Of a stretch of 64,000 nucleotides of DNA, positions 30,957 to 41,578 are shown piece after piece (within the stretch, counting starts at the first letter, position 1; every line of letters begins with the position of its first letter). Source of the DNA: an uncultured Thermoplasmata archaeon (lineage in GTDB: Archaea > Thermoplasmatota > Thermoplasmata > Halarchaeoplasmatales > Halarchaeoplasmataceae); contig CAZRSB010000005.1 of NCBI GenBank assembly GCA_964602715.1, positions 1,105 through 65,104 on the forward strand, written 5' to 3'. The notes under the pieces were generated by a model that was not told the DNA's origin, ran no database searches, and saw nothing but the letters and a program-made list of their open reading frames with translations. The position numbers and the translations under genes were made by a program.

Positions 30957-31568
30957 ATGATGTCAACTAAATTCCTCGTTATATCTGATATCCACGGTAA
31001 CGAAAGAAGTTTAAATAAAATTAAAGCTTGTTATCATAAGTATGATCCTGATTTTTCCGTGATCTGTGGAGATATAACTAATTTTGGTCCATTTCAAGAT
31101 GCAGTTAAAATATTGGAAAGAATCCCTACGGATATAATAGGGATAATAGGTAACTGTGATCCAAACAGTGTGATCCAAGCTTATGAAGAAGTGGAAGAAG
31201 AATATATTGAATTAAAACTGACGGAAAAAGAGGGATTAGATTTCATTGGATTATCTGGTTCCTCATATTCTGATGACAAACTCAAAACCTTTGAAAAGAG
31301 AGCGGGATCCGCTGATGTGTTTGTCTTACATCAACCTCCTTACAATACATTAGATAAAACTTCAAAAGGAAAACACATAGGAGATAAATATCTAAGAACT
31401 ATCATTCAGAATAAGGAACCAAAATTGGTTCTTTCCGGTCATGTACATGAGAGTAGAGGGATTGTAGAAAAAGAGGAGACTATGTTTATGAATCCGGGAC
31501 CTGCAATGGAAGATAAACTAGGTTTGGTAAAAATAAAACAGAATAAGTTAATACCTAAATTAATTTAG
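30957..31568 (+). CDS. Calcineurin-like metallophosphoesterase
   Basis: 203 aa with 'ISDIHGN', 'GDITNFG' and 'SGHVHE' metal-ligand motifs. Confidence 0.75.
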   Translation: MMSTKFLVISDIHGNERSLNKIKACYHKYDPDFSVICGDITNFGPFQDAVKILERIPTDIIGIIGNCDPNSVIQAYEEVEEEYIELKLTEKEGLDFIGLSGSSYSDDKLKTFEKRAGSADVFVLHQPPYNTLDKTSKGKHIGDKYLRTIIQNKEPKLVLSGHVHESRGIVEKEETMFMNPGPAMEDKLGLVKIKQNKLIPKLI

Positions 31569-32435
31569 TATCTATTTAAAATATGTTTTTTCATTATAAG
31601 AGAAAAACTCTTATTAATGTTTTAACTAATTTAATAAAATATAAACAATTACTGTTTAATGGTTTTCATATTAGCTAAATAATGGTTATTCGGTTTTTTT
31701 CCAAACCATCTTTAAAGGAAAAACATTATTTTTTATTGTTTTGCGTTATAGCCTAACAAATATTCATAATAAGTTAATAATGGTCTTGCATTATATTTGA
31801 TTAACCAATAACTTCTCTAAAAGGAAGATTATAACTGTGTCGTAATAAATAATATGATTTACGACATCTTACTTATTTATATATAAAGCTTACGTCGTAT
31901 TAGTTATGTTTTCCGACATCCTTCTTTTTCTATATTTAAGTGTTTCGTCATTTGTTCCGATCTAAAGGTAAGAAGCCGGAAGTTTACCTTTTTTCCTCCT
32001 TAGAGGGTACATTCCGCGTCTAAAAAATACTAAAGTATCGACTTTTTGGATTTTCCCTTAGTTTTTCTAATTTTTTGCACAATCATAAATGATACAGTTG
32101 CTTAATTAGTTTAAGTTTAAACAAAATTAACTAAAATTTTAATACTATATGTAAAATATGGTTTTCTGATATTTTCGAATAACCATGATTTTAAAATTTA
32201 TTTTATAGGTTTAGTATTTGCATGAACATCTTTATTAATTTAGACTTGATGCAAAAACAATTATGGGTTTTTTCAAATGAAAATCAACTTCCATTTTTCA
32301 CCTAATATTACCAATCTAGTTTCTTCTTCATCGCAAGTTCGCCCTAATAATTTCCATATACTTCCATCGAGGAGAAGGCCGTCTTTTTCTAACATTTCTT
32401 TTAATTCTTTAGCAGTATATATCTAATGAAACAGA

Positions 32436-32508
32436 TAGCCCGGGGCGGATTCGAACCGCCGTCACAGGCTCCAAAGGCCCATATGATTGACCGCTACACC
32501 ACCGGGCT
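32436..32508 (-). tRNA. tRNA-Gln (anticodon UUG)
   Basis: 73 nt with acceptor AGCCCGG/CCGGGCU (A1:U72, typical of archaeal tRNA-Gln), T-arm GGCGG-UUCGAAU-CCGCC and anticodon loop CUUUGGA. The D-arm pairs only weakly, hence reduced confidence. Confidence 0.7.
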
Positions 32509-32534
32509 ATTGCGTATCAAGAGTGCGGTGGTAA

Positions 32535-32556
32535 CTAGGAATTTCTAATTCCTAAG
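32535..32556. repeat. Palindrome ctaggaatttctaattcctaag flanked by GGTGG/CCACC; an adjacent 14-nt copy of the tRNA-Gln 5' end lies at 32557..32570
   Basis: Read directly from the sequence. Shares the AGGAATT...AATTCCT core with the hairpin at 19277..19297. Confidence 0.5.
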
Positions 32557-32615
32557 CACCACCGGGTTATAGGGTATTAGCACTTTAGAGAAAAAGAAAA
32601 AATATATAATTGTTT

Positions 32616-34370
32616 TCACCAAAAGGTCGAGAAAATCAATAGAGTGAGGATCAATTGAAAACTAAAACTGATTATGATAGCATATGGTAAAGTTTTCAAC
32701 ATAGTCTCTGCTATAGCATTCATCCTTTCTGTATTTATTGTACCCATCAGCTCTATATCTTTGATAGTATCAGTTTCAGCAGCTACTTCAACTGGTTCAA
32801 GATCTTTTTTAGCCTCTTCGATGAGTTTCCTCAGATCTTTAACTAATTTATGATCAGATACATCCTCACCCAGCGGGTAATGACTGCGAAACAAAGTATT
32901 TACCTCATGGGTATCAGAGGTGTGAACTTCAGCTACATCAACTAAATCATCTATACCTTCAATTATCTTTCCTCTGAAGCCGGGAGCCATATTATTTCCA
33001 TCGATTAGTATCTGACAGTTTAACTGATCTTCAACCTCTAAGAGGGCAACTTTAACACCTTCATCAGCAATACCACTATTTTTATATTCTTTTTTGGTAG
33101 AAATACCTAATCTTAGATCGTGTTTATCTAAGGTCTTGATATCTTTCAGAACTTTAAATGATTTTTTAATTATTCTTCGAGCCTTTTTACTGGGATAGAA
33201 AACGTTACTGACTCTTCTAGTACCACAATTATGAGAATCTATCACACCTATGTTTTTGATACCGAGAGATTCGCCTTTAAGAGAAATAATCTTATCTACA
33301 GAAGCATGAATATCTTCTGCAGGTTCTGGGTAGAAAGATAAACTAGTTAGCACATTGTCTCCAAAACATTGAGCACCCACTATACCTCCTTCATTTTTTT
33401 GGATATATTTACTAGCTTTTTTGTGATATTTAAGATCATCAAAATCCTTTTTTATAGAATTAACCAATATTTCACAATCTTTTTCTCTCACAGGATTGAT
33501 GGAATGATTTGAAGGCGAGTGAAAAGTAAACACATAAGGATATTCTTTTATATTTTTAGATAATATTTCTGGTAATCGAGATCCTCCAACCCCTTTTAAT
33601 GGTCCGGGATGGAAACCAGGGAGAACAAATAGAGCCTTATCTTGTTTATCCTTTTTCTTTCTAAATGAAAAAAATTTGTATTCTATGTCACCTTCGATTG
33701 AATTATTACTAAAGAACTCCTCTAATTCTTTTCTACCCTCTAGGTCCCCATTAACCGATTTTATGATCATATTGCCAACTTTCATCGTGGGAGTTCCTAA
33801 ATCTTTTTCGAAAGGTCTATTGATATATTTTATCAATATAAGCACTATTATTGATCCAATAAATATCGTTATCAAATAAGCCGAGATGTTTCTAATATTT
33901 AAATCGTAAAATATCTGAAAAAACGGTATAGGTAACAAAGATTGAAGGATACTTGGCATATATGATTTTTTAGGATCATGTTGAAAATTCCCAGTATTGC
34001 TTAAAAATCTGAAGGAAATAGGAAATGCTATCGCCAACATGATCGCCTGATCTATCGGTATGTTCAATATCACTACTAACATAAAAGTGATAACCGTTGA
34101 GGTCAGAGAAATCAATGCTATTATTCCGGACTGTCTGTAATTCATACCGCAATTAAATAATTTGAAAAAGGGTAAAATGAAAACAGAAAGAATCGTTGGA
34201 ATTAGAAATACGCTAACAGCGGCGATAATTGATCCAACTTCAATAGTTGGGAAAAAAAATACAGATATTAGGGTAAGTGTTACCATACCTATAATTTGAA
34301 CTGATAACTTGGGTAATCTAAAAAACAATGATCGAACTTCTCTTTCTGATAACATTAATTTGTTTTCCAT
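32616..34370 (-). CDS. Polytopic membrane protein, DUF2070-like (archaeal)
   Basis: 584 aa with about 7 N-terminal hydrophobic helices followed by a ~350 aa soluble C-terminal domain. Co-directional with the downstream GGGPS/DGGGPS genes. Confidence 0.55.
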   Translation of the reverse strand: MENKLMLSEREVRSLFFRLPKLSVQIIGMVTLTLISVFFFPTIEVGSIIAAVSVFLIPTILSVFILPFFKLFNCGMNYRQSGIIALISLTSTVITFMLVVILNIPIDQAIMLAIAFPISFRFLSNTGNFQHDPKKSYMPSILQSLLPIPFFQIFYDLNIRNISAYLITIFIGSIIVLILIKYINRPFEKDLGTPTMKVGNMIIKSVNGDLEGRKELEEFFSNNSIEGDIEYKFFSFRKKKDKQDKALFVLPGFHPGPLKGVGGSRLPEILSKNIKEYPYVFTFHSPSNHSINPVREKDCEILVNSIKKDFDDLKYHKKASKYIQKNEGGIVGAQCFGDNVLTSLSFYPEPAEDIHASVDKIISLKGESLGIKNIGVIDSHNCGTRRVSNVFYPSKKARRIIKKSFKVLKDIKTLDKHDLRLGISTKKEYKNSGIADEGVKVALLEVEDQLNCQILIDGNNMAPGFRGKIIEGIDDLVDVAEVHTSDTHEVNTLFRSHYPLGEDVSDHKLVKDLRKLIEEAKKDLEPVEVAAETDTIKDIELMGTINTERMNAIAETMLKTLPYAIIISFSFQLILTLLIFSTFW

Positions 34371-34372
34371 AT

Positions 34373-35113
34373 CTAATCTTCTTTTATAGCTTCAATAAGA
34401 TCTTTAATCCTACTGCTCAAGTTAGAGGACTCTTCTAATACGGTCCCAGTAACTATGATATCGGCTCCGGCTTCTACTCTAGCACGCGCTTGCTCTGCAT
34501 ACCGAATACCTCCTCCAACTACTAAAGGTATGTCTAGATTTTCTTTACAGGTCTTGATCATTTCTAGCGGGACTGGATCGGAGGCTCCCGAGCCCGCTTC
34601 TAAATAAAATAGCTCCATTCCAAGATATTGTGCAGCCAGCCCAAAATTCAATGCAACTTCTGGCTCATCTCTTGGAATAAGATCAGCTTGACCAACTTCA
34701 CCTACAGTCATTCCTGGTTCTACTACTACATATCCCATCGGAATTGGCTCGATACCCATTTTTTTTATAAAAGGGGCACCAGCTACTTGTTCTCCAATCA
34801 CTCTATTTAAATCTCTTGAGTTCAACATACTCATGAAATAGATAGCATCTACATGAGGTGAGATGGCACCAGCTTCCGTTGGAAAATGAATTACTGGTAA
34901 TTTTATTTTCTTTTTAATTGCCTTTACAGTTTTTGATAAATTTTCTTGAGTTATTCCGGTAGAACCTCCGACCATTATAGCGTCTGTTCCTGTATTTTCA
35001 AGAGCCTTTGCTATTTTCGCAGCGGTTTTAGGGCTCTGCTCATCGGGATCTATTAGACCCATGTGTAATGTTTCAGTATCCATCATATTTAGTAAACTTT
35101 CTAATACCTTCAT
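34373..35113 (-). CDS. Geranylgeranylglyceryl phosphate synthase
   Basis: 246 aa PcrB/GGGPS TIM-barrel pattern ('GGSTG', 'LVVGGGIR'). Confidence 0.85.
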   Translation of the reverse strand: MKVLESLLNMMDTETLHMGLIDPDEQSPKTAAKIAKALENTGTDAIMVGGSTGITQENLSKTVKAIKKKIKLPVIHFPTEAGAISPHVDAIYFMSMLNSRDLNRVIGEQVAGAPFIKKMGIEPIPMGYVVVEPGMTVGEVGQADLIPRDEPEVALNFGLAAQYLGMELFYLEAGSGASDPVPLEMIKTCKENLDIPLVVGGGIRYAEQARARVEAGADIIVTGTVLEESSNLSSRIKDLIEAIKED

Positions 35114-35931
35114 GTTAAACCTCCAATTAGGAAAGCAATGAGCGCTACAACCATCGCCACCTTTATGAATTTTTGTGATTTAGCTGGTGATTTAAGTAAT
35201 AAAAGGGAGTATATAAATATTCCATTTGCTAAGAGGACTACGATCAAATAATAAATAGAGAAAAGTCCTAAAATGAAAGGAATTGGCGAAAAAATCACAC
35301 CTAAGACAATAAATGAAACTGCGGTATATTCTGCTTTTTTTGGTCCTACTATCATAGGAAAAGTTTTTCTGTCTAGGTCTCCTTCTAGATCCTGTATGTC
35401 TTTGATTATTTCTCTTCCTCCAGTAGCGAAAAAAGCTAGCAATCCAAGTAAGGCTGGAAGTTCTAATTCACCATAAATCGAACCACCAAATAAAAAGACC
35501 ATGCCTGTCAAGAGAGATATGATAAGATTCCCTACTAATCCCTGTTTTTTGAATTTGACTTCATACATGATCATTAATATTACAGCCAAGATAACGATAA
35601 TTTGAGGTAGCCATGGGTCTAATAAAAAAGACAAAATCAACCCTATTGCGAATAGAATTCCAGAAAAAACAATGGTTTTCTCAGGAGTTATATCTCCTGA
35701 AGGTATCGGTCTCTCAGGATGATTTATTTCATCAGTTTCCCTGTCCATATAATCATTAAGGCTGTTTCCTGCTGCAGTATAAAAGAAAACTATGCTCATG
35801 CCGAGCACTGTGATATAAAGAATATCCTGCTCTAGAAATCCTAGTCCAAACAGAGTTATCATTACAATAGGGATGCTGAAAGAAGATATCAAACAATTTA
35901 CTGGTCTAATCAGTTTTAATAAGGGTCTCAT
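35110..35931 (-). CDS. UbiA-family prenyltransferase, digeranylgeranylglyceryl phosphate synthase
   Basis: 273 aa with about 8 TM helices and Asp-rich motifs 'NDYMDRETD' and 'KDIQDLEGD'. Overlaps the GGGPS gene by 4 nt. Confidence 0.8.
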   Translation of the reverse strand: MRPLLKLIRPVNCLISSFSIPIVMITLFGLGFLEQDILYITVLGMSIVFFYTAAGNSLNDYMDRETDEINHPERPIPSGDITPEKTIVFSGILFAIGLILSFLLDPWLPQIIVILAVILMIMYEVKFKKQGLVGNLIISLLTGMVFLFGGSIYGELELPALLGLLAFFATGGREIIKDIQDLEGDLDRKTFPMIVGPKKAEYTAVSFIVLGVIFSPIPFILGLFSIYYLIVVLLANGIFIYSLLLLKSPAKSQKFIKVAMVVALIAFLIGGLT

Positions 35932-36042
35932 TTATGACTCAATTTATGAAAGTCAGAGTTACTTTTATATCTTTGGTGAATCTGAAACTCTAAATCAACA
36001 GTAAGACTTTAATACATGATATAATTTTGGTTATTGCGAATT

Positions 36043-36115
<73 letters not shown>

Positions 36116-36316
36116 CTCTTCTTTTTAAATATAGAGTTCAGTTCCCTATCGAATTTTCCGGTACTATACGAACCGTCTCATGTAAAAAATAATTTAAACT
36201 AAATCCTCAATCAATAAAACACAATTCCATTCCAAAAAAACCAAGCCTCTCTACGAACCCCGATTCAAAAAGTTTAAACAGTAAGACAAAACCTGATTTT
36301 ATCCACCTCTAGGTGC

Positions 36317-37078
36317 GTGAAAATGTTATTCGACGAAACAGTAGTCGAATCAATCGCTGGATCGATGCCAGTTTGGGCCGCCGTCCTAATGGTCTTCATC
36401 TCATACCTTGGAAGCATATACCTTATTCTTCCCTCAACCATAATAGTTTATTTTCGAAAAACTAGCTGGCAAACCGGTACTTGGTTGGGGGCTATACTAG
36501 GAGGCTATGGAACATTTACCGCAATCAAACCCTTCTTTGAAATCCCTAGACCTATAGCAAAAAACGTTTCGACACCGCTTGCTGGTCTAGCCCTTCCATT
36601 GGGTTTCGAACAGTTGCACCGATTCGCTGTCGAGCTCACCACTCCAAGCTTTCCCAGTGGTCACGCCACAGCCATGACCGTATTTTTGGGCCTATTCGTT
36701 ACTGACCTTGACATCGGAACCTTCCGTCGGAGATTAACCCTCGCGATAATTTGGATAGGATCGGTCGGTTTTTCTCGAGTCGCGCTCGGTACCCATTACA
36801 TCGGCGACATTCTTGGAGGTATTCTAATAGGGATTGTTTTTCTTTGGCTCGTTTTCAAACTCCGGAAAAAGATCGCAATTGAAAAATGGTGGGTTTTAGA
36901 TCCAGGAGAAGGGATCCTGCTTTTAGCCATTATGCCTGCACTAGCTACCATCGTCGGAGGACGGATAATCGACGGCATCGTTTTGCTCATGGGCATAACT
37001 ATCACATTTATTGCGCATCGAAGTCTTGACATACGTAACCTCGATTTTCAAGAATTGAAAAACAAAATAGGGCGATAG
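36317..37078 (+). CDS. PAP2-family (type 2 phosphatidic-acid phosphatase) membrane protein
   Basis: 253 aa with the PAP2 motifs 'KxxxxxxRP' (KPFFEIPRP), 'PSGH' (SFPSGHA) and 'SRxxxxxHxxxD' (SRVALGTHYIGD). Confidence 0.8.
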   Translation: MKMLFDETVVESIAGSMPVWAAVLMVFISYLGSIYLILPSTIIVYFRKTSWQTGTWLGAILGGYGTFTAIKPFFEIPRPIAKNVSTPLAGLALPLGFEQLHRFAVELTTPSFPSGHATAMTVFLGLFVTDLDIGTFRRRLTLAIIWIGSVGFSRVALGTHYIGDILGGILIGIVFLWLVFKLRKKIAIEKWWVLDPGEGILLLAIMPALATIVGGRIIDGIVLLMGITITFIAHRSLDIRNLDFQELKNKIGR

Positions 37079-37467
37079 ACTGATTCTCACCATGTGCTCT
37101 AGTTTCAAAATTTTTTAAAATTTTAATTATGAGCCTGTCTGAGAAGTAGTGATTTATAAAGACTGATTATATACGATGTTGTTCCTGTTTATTTCCGGTA
37201 ACTTGTGTTTTGGATTACAAATGTCTTCAATTTGATTATCATCTATAGGTGATCTAGTTATTATGTGCGGGAGATGATGATCGGATGGAGTGAGATGATC
37301 GTGATCAGTGTTATAAATCTTTTATTGAATGAGTCCATTCTCAACTGGGCGGCTCGCCTCTGCACAGCGCTCTTCTCATTATTTATTAAATCGTTAAGAT
37401 ATGTTCTTTTAGTCTTCTATTTGCTGGGAAAAGATGAAATGTATGCTTAACAATAGTAATTACTAAA

Positions 37468-38004
37468 ATGTCTTCCCTGATACCAATATATTCACTAGGA
37501 CATTCAGACTACAGATCTGATACGTTTATGGACCTACTCATAAAGAAAGAAATAGAGGTTTTGATCGACATAAGAAGATATCCAAATTCTGATATATACA
37601 CTTATTTTAGTAAGGATGATCTGAAAAACGATCTGAAATTAGCTGATATAAAATACGTTTGGAAAGGGGAAGAACTAGGCGGATACAGGGAAGAAATGAT
37701 GGAAGAAGATCCTTTAAATGATGCATGGGATTATTCGGGATACAGAGCCTATGCGGGTCATGCTTTTTCTACAGAATTTCAAGACTCTTTAGAAACCTTG
37801 CTCGATCTATCGGATAAAAAACAAATAGCGATAATGTGCGCAGAAACAAATTACAAGAAATGTTATAGGAGGATACTTTGTGATTGGTTACTAGCCAAAG
37901 AAAAAAAGGTTATCCATATTATGGAAAATAAGGAGATAGAGCATGAATTTACCGATTTCGCTATCATCCATGACGACAAAGTTGTTTATCCTAAAAAATT
38001 TTAG
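37468..38004 (+). CDS. DUF488-family protein
   Basis: 178 aa with an N-terminal 'IYSLGHS...VLIDIRRYP' pattern typical of DUF488. Confidence 0.55.
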   Translation: MSSLIPIYSLGHSDYRSDTFMDLLIKKEIEVLIDIRRYPNSDIYTYFSKDDLKNDLKLADIKYVWKGEELGGYREEMMEEDPLNDAWDYSGYRAYAGHAFSTEFQDSLETLLDLSDKKQIAIMCAETNYKKCYRRILCDWLLAKEKKVIHIMENKEIEHEFTDFAIIHDDKVVYPKKF

Positions 38005-38777
38005 GACATCAATTTTTTTCTTTTTTCATCGATACGATCAGCAAGATCGGAGGATAAATTTTCCAAGATAGCTTCACCGGCTTTTTTTGAAGCCTTTCTT
38101 GGATCTCCAAGGACGCCATTATCTGTATAATGCTTAAGCCCTTCTGTAAACAAGGAAGTCTCATCTAAACTTCCTTCATAGCCCTTCTGTAATCTTTCTT
38201 CATCAACATATCCCTCATTTATAGCCAACAAAACTGAAGTTTCTGTAGCACCAGCATGAATTGCTTTTTCATCATATTCTATACCTGATTCTTTCAATGA
38301 TTCTTGCATCACTTCTGTATTTCTATCTAGATCGGAAACAAGTAAGATCTTTGCTTCATTTAATTTTTTAGATATTTTTGGAGCAATAGCATCTGTAGGG
38401 GCAAAATTCCCCCCGTGAAAAGGGGCGAGAGCGATGAAGTCAACTCCATGTTTCTCTAAGGAGAGACAATATTCTTCCAAAATTCCCATAAAAAGCTCAG
38501 ATGAAAATGAAATTGTGCCTGGAAAATCCATATGATGGTTTGAAACACCTGGTCTGATGGTAGGAGCGACCAAAACATATTCAAGCTTTTGAGCTATCCT
38601 TTTACCTAACTCATCAGAGATTATTGTATCGGTATTAAGAGGCATGTGAGGACCGTGCTGTTCAAAAGATCCCATCATTATCAGAGCTGTATCTTTCCCT
38701 TTTTCTATGGCCTCTTCTACTTCCTTCCAACTCATCATTTTCATCTCAAGTCCACTCTTACGATTCATGATACCCAT
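38001..38777 (-). CDS. Creatininase-family amidohydrolase (ArfB-like)
   Basis: 258 aa with 'MGSFEQHGPHMPLNTD' metal-binding signature of the creatinine amidohydrolase family. Confidence 0.7.
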   Translation of the reverse strand: MGIMNRKSGLEMKMMSWKEVEEAIEKGKDTALIMMGSFEQHGPHMPLNTDTIISDELGKRIAQKLEYVLVAPTIRPGVSNHHMDFPGTISFSSELFMGILEEYCLSLEKHGVDFIALAPFHGGNFAPTDAIAPKISKKLNEAKILLVSDLDRNTEVMQESLKESGIEYDEKAIHAGATETSVLLAINEGYVDEERLQKGYEGSLDETSLFTEGLKHYTDNGVLGDPRKASKKAGEAILENLSSDLADRIDEKRKKLMS

Positions 38778-38799
38778 ATAAGATAAGCAATGAAAAAGT

Positions 38800-39225
38800 C
38801 TATTGAATATCCTCTTTGCTTACATTTTCTTCTTTTTTCTTCAGATGTTCCCGAAATTTGAGATCTTCATATCGAAGATGCTCCATAAACCAATCAATAA
38901 TATATTTGTTTATTTTTTCGGCCATATCATCCTTATAGCCCTCTTTCTTTACTCTTTTTATCATGTTATCTGTAAAAAGTTTGAACTGTTCATGTTCATC
39001 CTTTTGGTATTCTAACAGTGGGAAATTATATTTTGACATATGCTTTTCTTCAGTTTTGAAGTGGTTTTCACTGTAAGAACTGATAAAATCCATTGTTTCT
39101 TCTAAATATTCTTCATCAATCGTCTCTTCCTCTGAAAGAATTTTGGATAGTTCATTCATCTTTTCAATAAGTTTTTTATGCTGCTCATCTATCTCATCGA
39201 TACCTACTTGAGTTTTGAACTCCAA
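38800..39225 (-). CDS. Hemerythrin-like metal-binding protein
   Basis: 141 aa with His/Glu ligands in the hemerythrin spacing pattern (H..E...H...H....D). Confidence 0.6.
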   Translation of the reverse strand: MEFKTQVGIDEIDEQHKKLIEKMNELSKILSEEETIDEEYLEETMDFISSYSENHFKTEEKHMSKYNFPLLEYQKDEHEQFKLFTDNMIKRVKKEGYKDDMAEKINKYIIDWFMEHLRYEDLKFREHLKKKEENVSKEDIQ

Positions 39226-39320
39226 CTATAAGGCGAATCAACTATAGGCATTTTTTAACCTCTCTCAACATGATTTAGAAAGAAATACATAAATATTCCT
39301 AATAAATATGAATTTTTGAA

Positions 39321-40490
39321 TCACTCTAGATCGATGATACTTAGTGGAACTAACATTTCGTCTTCAGACAAGCCACCGTGATTTCCTATCATCACATGTT
39401 CGTCTTCATATTCTAGAGCATCATTGAATATGTAGTTCTCATCCATTATCAGGACATAATCTCCTATCCTCTCTAAAAATTTTGGCTCTGGATCATGTAT
39501 TCCAAAATAACCTTTTTTGACAAGATCTTTGCTTTCTTTAAGGTCACTAACATCACTGAAATGATCTTCCCAATAATTCACAAAATTATCAGTTTTAGAC
39601 GGACGAACATAGCAGAATATAGTTCTATTATCTCCACAAAAAGGAACTGTTAAACACTTTTTAAATTCAGGATGATTTTCTAATTGAAAAGCCTTCCTTT
39701 CAGAACTGTTGACAAAACCATGGTCTGAGGTGATCAAAATAGAAGTATCGGTATCTTTGATTTGTTCTATGAATTCGCCCAATTTAATACAAATTTTGAG
39801 AAATTCATTTGAGGCTGAGGTGCTATTAGTTCCATCGTCATGAGATACTCTATCAAATGCATTCCAGTAAGCTTTAATATATTTCTTTTCATCATTGATC
39901 CCTATTATTTTCACTATTTTTTGAAAACAATCCTCTAGAGTCCTATACCCTATTTTTTTATAAGCAGGAGTAAAATGGGAATTGAACTCCGAATCTTTTA
40001 ATTTTTGAAGAGTTACGTTGTAAAACTGCCTATCTGTTTCTCTACTTTCTAAAAGTGATCTAGAAGGTAATACTGAAGAGATATTGATATCGAACTTTTC
40101 AAATGATATATCTGCGAATCTACCTTTAAATGGGAGTATAGTAGTTACCATACCAAATTCTTTCAACCAAGTATACCAACCTGTAACTGTGTGTTGTTGA
40201 GGAGGGTAACCAGTATAAAATGTGGGAATAGCAGAGGCTGTTGAAGAAGGGAAAACAGTTTTGAGTTTAGAAAGAAGGTTTTCATAGATAACATTATCTT
40301 TCCCTTTTTCTTTAAGGTATTTGTAACCAATCCCATCTAATATGAGAAGTATTATATTTTTTGATGATTTTAAGTTATTATGATCGATATGTGAAAGAGA
40401 AGGGTAAGAGGGTTCTAAATCAAAGGTTTTAACCAACGAACTCATCAAGTTAACAATGCTATTTTTTTTATATGTTGGTTTTATCTTCAT
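39321..40490 (-). CDS. Alkaline-phosphatase-superfamily protein (type I phosphodiesterase / nucleotide pyrophosphatase-like)
   Basis: 389 aa with 'LILDGIGY' metal-site region, 'TSDHGF' and 'GNHGG' motifs. Confidence 0.55.
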   Translation of the reverse strand: MKIKPTYKKNSIVNLMSSLVKTFDLEPSYPSLSHIDHNNLKSSKNIILLILDGIGYKYLKEKGKDNVIYENLLSKLKTVFPSSTASAIPTFYTGYPPQQHTVTGWYTWLKEFGMVTTILPFKGRFADISFEKFDINISSVLPSRSLLESRETDRQFYNVTLQKLKDSEFNSHFTPAYKKIGYRTLEDCFQKIVKIIGINDEKKYIKAYWNAFDRVSHDDGTNSTSASNEFLKICIKLGEFIEQIKDTDTSILITSDHGFVNSSERKAFQLENHPEFKKCLTVPFCGDNRTIFCYVRPSKTDNFVNYWEDHFSDVSDLKESKDLVKKGYFGIHDPEPKFLERIGDYVLIMDENYIFNDALEYEDEHVMIGNHGGLSEDEMLVPLSIIDLE

Positions 40491-41578
40491 GATTTTTGCA
40501 CAGTTTCAAGATATTTATTCAATTCTTTTTCAACCACTTCAACACCTAGTCCAGGAGTTTTTTTAGTCGTTAGCTCCCCGTCAATAAATTTTAGACCTTT
40601 AGATAGTTCACCTGGAATCAAAAAATGCCCGTCCAAATCAGCATATTTTACATTATCGCTTGTATTGTACAGGTGAACTGCAGCGCCTAATGAAGATTCC
40701 ATCTCCAACATGCACCCGACCATCGCATCAACTCCATAATCCTCGATGACTTCTATTATTTTTCTTCCACCAGTGATACCCCCACATTTCATCAATTTTA
40801 TATTCACCATGTCTGCAATTTCTTCAGAACATATCTTTTCTGCGTTTTCATGGTCTTTCATAGCTTCATCTGCAACGATCGGAAGTTCAGTGGATTCAGT
40901 CACTTCTTTCAGACCTTCTAAATCTTTTTCGGCTACCGGTTGTTCTACAAATTCGATATCGTATTTTCTAATCTTCTCACAAAAGGTTTTTGACTCATCT
41001 ACAGAATAACCCTGATTTGCATCCACCCAAATCTTTATGTCTTCTCCTACAGTTTTTCTCACAGCTCCTATTCTTTCTATATCCTTCTCCATTTCTAGTC
41101 CTACTTTTATTTTTAGCGCTTTAAAACCTTGATCGATGTAGTCTTCTGCGTGATCGATCGTTTCTTTTTTATCCATGATACCGATAGTTCTGTCAGTTAT
41201 TACTCCACTTTCCTTACCATCATATAATTGAAAGACACTATTTCCTGTTAACTTTCCTTTCAGATCATGTAAAGCTATATCTAATCCTGCTAAAGCAGAA
41301 GGGTCCTTCGGATTTGTTTTTTTGAAATCCTTCCAAATGTTTTTGATATCAATGTCCTTTCCTATCAATTTATCCTTATAATTCAGCAAACAATCCATCA
41401 TAGATCCATTTGTTTCATCTGTAACTCCATTAGCAGCGCCGTTTCCCCAACCTATTTTTCCGTCACATTCAACTTTGACAACTACATTTTCAGTTTTAAG
41501 TGAAGTTCCAGTTGCTATCTTAAAGGGTTCTGTGTTTTCTATTTCCAAGGGAAATAATTCAATATTTTCAATTTTCAT
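40487..41578 (-). CDS. Enolase-superfamily MR/MLE enzyme (dipeptide-epimerase-like)
   Basis: 363 aa with 'LKIKVG', 'VDANQGY', 'EQP' and 'KLMKCGG' metal-ligand and catalytic-Lys motifs. Confidence 0.75.
   Translation of the reverse strand: MKIENIELFPLEIENTEPFKIATGTSLKTENVVVKVECDGKIGWGNGAANGVTDETNGSMMDCLLNYKDKLIGKDIDIKNIWKDFKKTNPKDPSALAGLDIALHDLKGKLTGNSVFQLYDGKESGVITDRTIGIMDKKETIDHAEDYIDQGFKALKIKVGLEMEKDIERIGAVRKTVGEDIKIWVDANQGYSVDESKTFCEKIRKYDIEFVEQPVAEKDLEGLKEVTESTELPIVADEAMKDHENAEKICSEEIADMVNIKLMKCGGITGGRKIIEVIEDYGVDAMVGCMLEMESSLGAAVHLYNTSDNVKYADLDGHFLIPGELSKGLKFIDGELTTKKTPGLGVEVVEKELNKYLETVQKS

Noticed and set aside
32275-32420. 40-codon minus-strand ORF (MLEKDGLLLDGSIWKLLGRTCDEEETRLVILGEKWKLIFI) just downstream of tRNA-Gln
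   Set aside because: Too short and without motifs to call. It is mentioned in the tRNA-Gln region finding as something expression data could test.
31569-32435. Replication origin in the long AT-rich spacer
   Set aside because: No adjacent orc1/cdc6 gene and no recognisable ORB or mini-ORB repeat family. AT-richness alone is insufficient in a 37% GC genome.
32436-32508. Intron in tRNA-Gln (because the D-arm pairs poorly and a tRNA-5'-end copy plus hairpin lie upstream)
   Set aside because: A contiguous 73-nt cloverleaf with a correct anticodon arm and T-arm is obtained without any intron. The upstream copy is only 14 nt and lies outside the mature tRNA.
37265-37450. 61-aa ORF between the PAP2 and DUF488 genes
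   Set aside because: Short, hydrophobic and AT-rich without motifs or a ribosome-binding context; likely spurious.
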